The translations under genes and the position numbers were made by a program. The notes under the pieces are model-generated. The model was not told the origin of the DNA, searched no databases, and was given only the letters and a program-made list of their open reading frames with translations. Of a DNA stretch of 64,000 bases, positions 54,679 to 64,000 are shown one piece after another (the first letter of the stretch is position 1; each line of letters starts with the position of its first letter). This DNA is from Octopus vulgaris. Taxonomy: Eukaryota. The stretch lies in assembly GCA_951406725.2 (NCBI GenBank), contig OX597826.1, forward strand, positions 70,060,001-70,124,000. Reading direction: 5' to 3'.

Positions 54679-54944
54679 TATCTATACAATATGTTACATT
54701 ACTCGGTAGTCAAGATAAAACTCTGGGTTTCAGATGCCGAAGTGGAAATCCACAACACCATCTCTTCGGTTATCTGGCTATTTGAAAACGTTATGAAAAA
54801 ATACCGGTATGAAATACGGTATTTTTTCATAACGTTTTCAAATAGCCAGATAACCGAAGAGATGGTGTTGTGGATTTCCACTTCGGCATCTGAAACTCAG
54901 AGTTTTATCTTGACTACCGAGTAATGTAACATATTGTATAGATA
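54679..54944. repeat. Near-perfect palindrome: 128-bp arms, 10-nt loop
   Basis: Arms 54679-54806 and 54817-54944; the only difference found is G54726 against T54897. Confidence 0.95.
54848..54910 (+). ncRNA. Hammerhead-like motif in the right arm of the palindrome, with a mirror copy on - in the left arm
   Basis: agataa-CCGAAGA-gatg...catc-t-GAAA-c-tcaga-GTT-ttatct; 6-bp stem I; U4 replaced by C. Confidence 0.55.
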
Positions 54945-55423
54945 TAGATATATATATATATATATATGTTATATATATATATAGATATATATATAGAGAG
55001 AGAGATATGTATGTATGTGGGCACGTAGGCATGCATGCATGCATATGTATTTGTGTGTATGAATGTATGTATGCATGCATGTATGTATGCATGCTTGCAT
55101 GTATGCATATATGTATGTATGTATGCTTGTATGTATGTATGTATGTATGTATGTATGTATGTATGTATGTATGTATGTATGCCTGCGTGTATGCAATGAC
55201 ATACACACACACGTAAGTCCCCGTATATAACTTTCACAAGAGGTTCTTTATTCTCGAATGTTTTCCAACGATGGAATAGTCGTTCTCCAACTAAGAAACA
55301 AGCTTCTCTCTTTGGAATTTACGCAACATCAATAATGCAGAATTACTTATAGGAATAGGATTTACAGAGAGAATTCTTCAAGAATCTTTATACACACGCA
55401 CACACACACATACACACACATAC

Positions 55424-55463
<40 letters not shown>

Positions 55464-55742
55464 GTACCTAGCATATATGCATACATACAAATATATATAC
55501 ATAAATGCATATATACATATATACATATAAATACATTCATACACACACATATACATGTGTATATCTCTATCTACCTATCTATCTATATGTCTATATCTAT
55601 ATTTCTCTATCCATATCTATCTATGTATATATGTGTATGCGTGTGCGTGCGTACGTATGCATACAGTAATGTGTATGTGCGCGTATACATACGTATATGC
55701 GTGTATTATGCGTGTGTATGTGCGCATGTGTGTCAGTGAGCA

Positions 55743-55826
<84 letters not shown>

Positions 55827-56251
55827 TCTGTATGTACGAATGTATGCGTTACATTCTCCTTTAGGCCTCAACTGACATTCCGGAAAGCTTTGCATATTTT
55901 AGCACTGCCATTAACAGATTCGTCTCATGTAGCTTACCTAATACTTGTGTCCACTCCATTTTCCTCTTTCTCTGTCCCCTCTCCAACCCCCTTTTTTTTA
56001 TATATGTGAGATCTAACTTCTCATGTATTTTCGTTGAGATACAAATTATTCATCGTTGTTACATGGTGATTCGGTTCTCGGAGTTTCCTGTCTTTTGGTA
56101 AAGAATTTCATTTCGAGTTGTTTCAGTCTGCTTAACTGGAAAAGAGAACCAGTTAGTGGCGTGTCTTGTGTATGTACTTCCTGGGGCAACCCTTGATTTT
56201 GTCGTCCTCCTCGAACCCCACCAGTCCTCCAGAAGCCTATGCAGGCTCATA

Positions 56252-56513
56252 AAATAAAATAAATGCACCCTTTTTAAAGCCTAGCCAGGCTCATGGACCC
56301 GGTTTCCCGGTTTCTATGGCGTATGTGTTCCTCAGCTGGACGGGACGCCATTCCATCGCAGCGTTACTCATTTTTGCCAGCTGAGCGGACTGGAGCAACG
56401 TGAAATGAAGTGTTTTGCTCAAGAACCCAACGTATCGCCCGGTCCAGGAATCGAAACCACAATCTTACGATCATGATGCTGACACCCTGACCACTAAGCC
56501 GCGCGCCTCCACA
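56252..56513 (-). mobile_element. SINE family D with 10-bp TSD
   Basis: caggctcata at 56242-56251 and 56514-56523. Confidence 0.9.
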
Positions 56514-56899
56514 CAGGCTCATACAGCGAACCCAAAAGTGCTGTTCCCATAAAAGTGTCACCCGGGGCGGACAGGCCCCTACCCCAGCTGTACTACTGAT
56601 ACATGTAGCATTTGGTGGGTGGATCAGCCTTGCAACGGACTGGCGTCCGGTTCATGGGAAGGGAGCGTCTTGTACTTTCAGTCTGAAGCTTGAAAATCTA
56701 GATAAGATCCGGCCCCATGGGTCTGTAAACTTGGAGCCGTTCGATATCCTTGCTTCCTATTTCTGTATAACAGAAGAGCCAAGATGCTACAAGAACAATA
56801 CTCAGTAACATAGATTCAATGTTTTAGGTAAGAAAGAAGGATTTAGTTTCTTGATTCGTTTTATATTTCATAAATTCCTATGACAATGGATGCGTGAGA

Positions 56900-56990
56900 C
56901 GGCAGAATTTGAACTCAGAACGTAACGGCAGACGAAATACCGCTAAGCTTTTCGCCCGGCGTGCTAACGTTTCTGCCAGTTCGCCGCCTT
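56900..56990 (-). mobile_element. SINE family B head fragment
   Basis: Reverse complement of the ggcggcgaactggcagaaacgttagcacg head. Confidence 0.8.
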
Positions 56991-56999
56991 CGAAAATAC

Positions 57000-57590
57000 A
57001 GCATAGAAATGGTTTTCATGTTTCACAATGGAAATTCGATCTCCGCGTTCCGGTCGATCTCTTCAGTTCAATGGGGATCGATTGGACGAGCTCATCTACG
57101 ACAATCTGCGCCAGTCCATGAAGGAACTGGCCCGCAGATTGAACACTTTCATGATACCGTCATCTGTCGCCCTCACTCAATAGTATATCCAGCTGAAACA
57201 ATTGGAAACAACGCGAGCTTCTTCAACACGATAATACTTTCCTCCAAGTCTTTAATTTAATCAAAAATGCAATTCAAAAGCTTGATTGCTAATTTCTACC
57301 GCACCAACTTTATTTTCCTGAATTAATGCCTTTAAAACATTACCTTCTTTGGACGCTCCTCAACAGTCTGCGAAGAGTTTCGTTTTAACAGCAGCGTGCA
57401 GCTGAAAACGTGGTATATTGAATTCTTCGAGTCAAGACCCGATTATTTTCTGCTGCCATGACATCGACAAGCTAGTGGAACTTTGGCAAGAAATCGTGAA
57501 CAATGAAGGAAAATATATCATTGACTGATCTGTTAAAATTGTTGATTAAAATAAATGGAAGAAAAGACAAATTTATCTGACAGCCCAATC
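57000..57590 (+). mobile_element. Internally deleted mariner remnant
   Basis: RSGRSLQFNGDRLDELIYDNLRQSMKELARRLN and C-terminal FFESRP...IDKLVELWQEIVNNEGKYIID*. Confidence 0.75.
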
Positions 57591-57785
57591 GCATTATATG
57601 AAATATAGCATTTTTACTCAATGAAGCGTTATTTTAAATATTATACTGATATGCAATGTGGAATTTATATGTATTGTGCGTAAGATAATTTTTGTATTAT
57701 ATGTAATGTAGCGCTGATACGCATTCTAACGTTATACACATTGGTTATAGTATAAAATGTATATTGTAGCAACATATGTGCGTGT

Positions 57786-58165
57786 GTTAGCACGCCGGAC
57801 GAAATGTTTAGTGGTATTTAGTCTGCTGTTACGTTCTGAGTTCAAATTCCGCCGAGGTCGACTTTGCCTTTCATCCTTTCGGGGTCGATAAAATTAAGTA
57901 CCAGTTACGCACTGGGGTCGATGTAATCGACTTAATCTGTTTGTCTGTCCTTGTTTGTCCCCTCTATGTTTAGCCCCTTGTGGGTAGTAAAGAAATAGGT
58001 ATTTCGTCTGCCGCTACGTTCTGAGTTCAAATTCCGCCGAGGTCTACTTTGTCTTTCATCCTTTCTGAGTCGATAAATTAAGTACCAGTTGCGTAGGGGG
58101 GTCGAGATAATCGACTGGCCCCCTCCCCCAAAATCTCGGACATTGTGTCTAGAGTAGAAAAGAAT
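57786..58165 (+). mobile_element. SINE family B dimer, first unit tail 1 and second unit tail 2
   Basis: Direct comparison with the 9199-10251 array. Confidence 0.88.
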
Positions 58166-58189
58166 GTGTGTGTGGGGGGGGGTCTGTGT

Positions 58190-58400
58190 GTGGGTCTGTG
58201 TTTGACTCCTACTACCGCTTGATAACCAGAGTTGGGGTGTTTACGTCTCCGTAACTTAGCAGTTCGACTAAAGAAGTCGATAGAATAAGTATTAGGCTTA
58301 AGAAATAAGTCCTGGCGTCGATTTGTTCTACTAAAAGAACCATCAAGGTGGTGTTCCAGCATGGCCGCAGTCAAACAACTGAAACAAGTGAAAGATATAA
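58190..58400 (+). mobile_element. SINE family A 3' module, diverged
   Basis: ccagcatggccgcagtc...actgaaacaagt. Confidence 0.75.
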
Positions 58401-58910
58401 GATGTGTGTGCGTACGTGTTTGTATGTGTGTGTGTGTGTGTGTTTTCGCACGAGTCTGTGTATGTGTATGTATTTATCATGTATAATTGATATTTCATAT
58501 ATCATATCTCATTCTGCTGTCACTGTTCTCAGAACTGGTCGAAACACTGCCATGTATGAATTAATATCTGCTGATATGCTGAAAGTTTCTCTTCCAAATC
58601 TTTGCTGAAGTGAAGCTTGTCGGTCAGTCAGTCCATCTAAACTTGCTGCTTATTTATTGACGTCCAATGAAATATATTTACTCAGCAGTTCTTTCCTGGA
58701 CTTGTTGATGTTATACTTGTCATGCATAAAGCCCTGCTCCATTAGTGCACTTGGTAGTTAATATATTCTAGCGGAAGCACATATAGATATGTAATGCAAC
58801 ATTTAAATATTGGACTAGGCCCATATTATCTATCATACTACCTCATACAGTGAGCTAGACAATCTGTTTCTCCGTTGGAGTCAACAGTTTACAGAGGAAG
58901 TCCATAATAC

Positions 58911-58986
<76 letters not shown>

Positions 58987-59060
58987 TACAACGTGGAACA
59001 CAATGAGAAACGAAAACATAAAAACAAAAACATAGAAACGAACATTTTTTCAAACAACAA

Positions 59061-59092
<32 letters not shown>

Positions 59093-59142
59093 AACACAAC
59101 TACATGTATGTACGTATATATATATATATACACACACAAATA

Positions 59143-59285
59143 CGACGGGTTTCTTTCAGTTTCTGTCTACCAAATCCACTCACGAGGCCGAGGCTATTGT
59201 TGAAGCCACTTGCCCAAGGTACCATGCAGTGGGACTGAACCCGGAACCATGTGGTTGTGAAACAAGTTTCTTACCACACAGCCAC
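59143..59285 (-). mobile_element. SINE family A head module
   Basis: Matches the family A head. Confidence 0.8.
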
Positions 59286-59539
59286 AACGGCAGCGGATCT
59301 GGTGAATTAAATCAGTTAGTGTGGTATCAATACTATAACACGACAAGTCCATTGTATGCTTATTGATTTATTGGTCGAGGAGAAGCGCTGGTTACTACAC
59401 TTGCTTCGCTGTTCTGGTGTAGTATTTACTGTTTACATTCATTCTGACATTAGCTTCATCGTCGAATTCATGTTGAATGCAGAACTTTTTCATCAACAAA
59501 CATTGGATGAATTGTTATGCCATTAATAGTTTATGCCAA

Positions 59540-59930
59540 GGGGCCGCGAGCTGGCAGAAGCGTTACTGTGTCGGAGAAAAAAGGCTCAGCGGCTTTTCTT
59601 CCGAATTTTTAAATTTTGAGTTCGAATCCCACTGAGGTCCATTTCGTTTTTCATCCTTTCCGGGTCCATGAAATAAGTACCAGTCAAGTAATCTACTGAC
59701 CCCATTTCACCCATCTGTAGAAATGCGTTGTGACGTCCCTCGTGTCACGTTCTATCGGCTTTTGCCTTTCCACTTGGACAACATCGGTAGCGAGGTGTGG
59801 TGAGGTAAGGCTGGTATGCATGAGTAGCTGCTGGCTTTTCCTAAGCAACCTTGCCCGGACTTGTGCCGCGAAGGGGAACTTTGTAGGTGCAATCCATAGT
59901 CATTCATAACTGAAGGGGGTCTTTACCTTA
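59540..59930 (+). mobile_element. Old family-B-like SINE followed by a family E body
   Basis: gagctggcagaagcgtta...tttcatcctttccggg...aataagtaccag, then homology to 44925-45115. Confidence 0.6.
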
Positions 59931-60096
59931 TTGTATTACCCAATACATCCTTCTTTCTTGAAGCAGGACGTTGTCATTAAGACAGATGCGGATACTGTTT
60001 GTAGCACGAACGATTGAGTAAATACTTCTTCGATAACTTATATATTGTCGACTCTAATGTTAAGCAAGGTGTTGGGCAAGAAGAAGATAATTTTTT

Positions 60097-60248
60097 GTGG
60101 CTGTGAGGTAAGAAGCTTTCTTCCCAACCACATGGTTCTAGGTTCAGTCCCACTGCGTGGCACCTTGGGCAAGTGTCTTCTACTATAACCTCGGGCCGAC
60201 CAAAGCCTTGTGAGTGGATTTGGTAGACGGAAACTAAAGAAACCCGTC

Positions 60249-60303
<55 letters not shown>

Positions 60304-60360
60304 TGTGTGTGTGTGTTACACCTGTGTGTCTGTGTTTGTCCCTAGCATTGCTTGACAACC

Positions 60361-60391
<31 letters not shown>

Positions 60392-60525
60392 CTGGTGTGT
60401 TTATGTCCCCGTTACTTAGCGGTTCGGAAAAAGAAACCGATAGAATAAGTACTGGGCTTACAAAAGAATAAGTCCCGGGGTTGAGTTGCTCGACCCCAGT
60501 TGACTGAAACAAGTAAAGAGTAAAA
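60097..60525 (+). mobile_element. SINE family A, near full length with a deletion in the tail
   Basis: Head, (TA)n/(TG)n and tail present. Confidence 0.88.
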
Positions 60526-60723
60526 ATGTATATATATATATACATTAAAGAATAAAGAATAAAATAATAAAAAATCTCGTGAGAAACATCTGTTCGTGAC
60601 AGTGTCTTAGTAAAGAAACTGGGTTAGATCGATGTTCCTGAAACGCCTCGAGACTAAATCATATACTTTCCGAGGCACCGCTGCGCGGTTAAGAAGCTCG
60701 CTATACAATGTGTGTGTGTGTGC

Positions 60724-60763
<40 letters not shown>

Positions 60764-60809
60764 GAGTGTGTGTGTATGTGTGTGTGTATGTGCGTGCGTG
60801 CGTGCTTGC

Positions 60810-61002
60810 GACATTGAGTTTATCTCCTCACCGCCTGGCAACTGATATGGACTTGTTAATGTCCATGTGACGTAGCGGTTCGGCATCAAGATCGATAAAA
60901 TAATACTAGACTTTAAAAAATAAGTACTACGTTCGATTTATTCAACTAAAACCCTTCAATGTGGCGCCCCTGCATGGTCGCAGTCCAATGACTGAAACAA
61001 GT
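60810..61002 (+). mobile_element. Diverged SINE family A 3' module
   Basis: tagcggttcggca...gcatggtcgcagtccaatgactgaaacaagt. Confidence 0.7.
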
Positions 61003-61865
61003 CAGTGGTCAGATAATTAATTATATGCGTTCACGAGAACAATGCCATAAATCACGAGAGAATTCGAATCTCCCATATTTTTGTATACAATTATTAGTAA
61101 AAGGTGTCAACAAGTTTAAATTGTTCTAAATATTGTATGGGTTCTTCTACGTTTTCGAACGAGAAATGTTCCTTCTGTTCATACTGGCTTTGGAAGCAAC
61201 GAAGTTTGTAGCGAAACTGTAGCTCACCTGGACATTTTAAAAATATTTATTAAAGATCTTATTATGTTTACAGTCTTTAGGGAAATGCTTATTAATACGA
61301 TTCAGGAAAATTAGACCAAACGTTTAAACTAGATGGTGGATTATACCGTATAATATTTCGATCCCTATTTTTACGTTTATGAATATTACTGCTGTTCTGC
61401 ATGGAATATTCTATCTTTGAAGCCACAATTATAATATATGTATGGATGTATCTATATCTATATCTATACCTATATCTTTTTATGTCTTACTATCCATCTA
61501 CCTATGTTAGTATGCACACAAAGACACACCCACACACATACACAGCGTGGGAGATGGAGAGAAATGAAACAGAAATCAATGTATATACTTATACATACAC
61601 GCATATATACGCGTATATACGGAGAAATATGTTATATACGTATATGCATGCAAACATACTTTATAACATGCACTCATATAGATGTATCTAGGTGCATGTT
61701 ATATATGTGTGTATGTGTATACACACACATATATATGTGTGTGTGTGTGTATGTGTACGCATGCGTATGTATGTATTATATACATACCACACTATATATG
61801 TATACGCATATATATGTGTGTGTGTTCGTATGTACACACACACATACGCTAATACACACACACAT

Positions 61866-61897
<32 letters not shown>

Positions 61898-61969
61898 GCA
61901 CAGACACACACACATGAATAACTTGTAACCTTTACACCTCTCATGCTATATTGACAACCTTGTCGATGT

Positions 61970-62002
61970 CATTGTTGTTGTTATTGTTGTTTATGCTACT
62001 AT

Positions 62003-62033
<31 letters not shown>

Positions 62034-62100
62034 ACTGTTGCTGCTGCTGCTGCTGCTGGTGCTGTTGCTGCTGCTGCTGCTGCTAGTGGTGGTGGTGTTG
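61970..62100. repeat. (TGT)n/(TGC)n triplet repeat
   Basis: Direct inspection. Confidence 0.9.
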
Positions 62101-62241
62101 ATGTTGGCGTTACAATTGCTGTGGCTGTTATTTATTTGAATGTTTGTTGTTCTGCTACAACCGAGAAAAGATCTGAAAGAAAATATAATCCTCTCATGCT
62201 AGGAAAAGTTGTCAAAAAAAAAAGAAAGAAAAAATTCGTTT

Positions 62242-62276
<35 letters not shown>

Positions 62277-62342
62277 ATCACGTATTTTATATATATATCT
62301 CTCTCTATATATATATATATAATACGTGATACACACATGCAT

Positions 62343-62415
<73 letters not shown>

Positions 62416-62537
62416 TGCATGTATGTGTGTCTGTTTTTTTTCCTTCGATGGGAGGTGTAAAGTTAACAGTGCTGTATAGTTAAGCTGCACAATTATGCAT
62501 GCGTTTACGTTTGTCGTGTGTGCGTATATGTATATGT

Positions 62538-62591
<54 letters not shown>

Positions 62592-62673
62592 CCGGGAGTA
62601 AAGAGTCAATGCTCTGAACCAGATAAGTAGTGAAGCACACAGACACACACACACACACCAACAAACACACATG

Positions 62674-62705
<32 letters not shown>

Positions 62706-63269
62706 GAGAGACGGACAGGCAGACACACATACACATACAGATACAGACAAGCGCTCACACAGAACTACACACACGCAATGCTCACAGGTACAACATACAA
62801 CAGACACACACACACACACACAGGCACACACACGCATACATCCGCATACGCTCACACACAGACACGCACACACATACACATACGCGCACACACGTACACA
62901 GTACTCTCATAAACACATTACGCTACACACAAACACAACACAACAAAGAGCGCAACAAGTGAAAACCCATTCTCCCATTCACAGGCGCTGCTATTCTCCT
63001 CCCACTACAACCATTACTACTGCTTCTCCCATTCATACACTATCCTCCCCCCTCTCTCTCATTGTCTTTCATATTGCACTTCCTCGCTCGCTCTTTCACT
63101 CTCTCCCTACCTTTCTATCTGTCACTCTGTCACTCTGTCACTCTCTCTCTCTCTCTCTTGTATTCTTACTATATCTCTTCTTCTCTCCTAGCTACCTGTT
63201 CCACTTCTCCTTTTCCTTCTCCACACAGCATTACTTACTATCATCCCTGCATTTCTTCATCGTATTTGT

Positions 63270-63345
63270 TTCTTCTTCTTCTTCTTCTTCTTCTTCTTCT
63301 TCTTCTTCTTCTTCTTCTTCTTCTTCTTCTTCTTCTTCTTCTTCT
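63270..63345. repeat. (TCT)n microsatellite
   Basis: Direct inspection. Confidence 0.95.
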
Positions 63346-63453
63346 ATTCATCCCCCTTCCCATTTCACCTTGTGCTTATTTTCGACCCTTTTCTTCCTCG
63401 CCCCACCACCACTACTTAGCCTTTCCATAATTTCACACCATCCCCTTACTACA

Positions 63454-63488
<35 letters not shown>

Positions 63489-63807
63489 GACCAAGTGTAC
63501 GTCTCACTCAAGTCACCACCACCACCATCTCCCTCTCCATTACAGAGTATCGTTCTCTTTAATCTATATATCTTTGTCGTCGTCTTCATTCTCCTTTACT
63601 CACCTCAACGTCCGTCGCTCTCTCACTCACACACACACACACGTATGTACATACTCGCACACACACACACACGCGCGCGCACACACACAGATACACACAC
63701 ACATACTTTTTCCCAGGGTAGTCTCTGTACCTCTTCGCTTCCTTGCCTTTCCCCGCTGACTGTCCTAAATCTTTCTCATTCATATTTTTCCTTCCTTACA
63801 CTCGAGG

Positions 63808-63846
<39 letters not shown>

Positions 63847-64000
63847 ACAAGACACAAACACATTGAGAAACACTACATACACACACACACACACATCTCC
63901 AACATTACGTCCACCCTCCCTCCACCTTATATCTAACTCACTCTCCTCTCCCTTCTCCCATCTCTCATCGACTCACTCCCTCACTCACTCACACACTCAT

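Noticed and set aside
54691-54924. Mirror-image ORFs on both strands
   Set aside because: Consequence of the DNA palindrome, not a gene pair
58836-58845. 10-nt match to the let-7 5' end on the minus strand
   Set aside because: The rest of the mature sequence does not match and no precursor hairpin is evident
58560-58910. Possible RTE-like remnant on the minus strand (LAHCMR)
   Set aside because: Too degenerate to support from one short motif
62671-63759. 362-aa ORF, the longest in the window
   Set aside because: Translation of (CA)n, (TCT)n and (ACT)n repeats

Overview
Eukaryotic, AT-rich, extremely microsatellite-dense DNA with no recognisable host protein-coding exon, rRNA, intact tRNA or CRISPR array. 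Almost all listed ORFs are read-through of simple repeats. The style of repeats suggests a coleoid cephalopod (octopus-like) intron or intergenic region; this is an inference. Identifiable content is mobile DNA: about six SINE-like families (my labels A-F, most with tRNA-like heads), fragments of Penelope-like (PLE), R4/Dong-type RLE, RTE, CR1/L2-group and Tx1/L1 retrotransposons, three non-autonomous Helitrons, and mariner remnants and MITEs. Points of most interest: (1) several minimal hammerhead-ribozyme-like motifs, one built into a near-perfect 128-bp-arm palindrome; (2) two SINE/LINE pairs whose shared 3' tails are both visible in this window, one with a compensatory stem change; (3) a SINE that occurs as 184-bp-period multimers with interchangeable tails; (4) three long fold-back inverted repeats; (5) family-specific association of retroelements with particular microsatellites. 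All alignments and folds were done by eye, and boundaries of degenerate elements are approximate.
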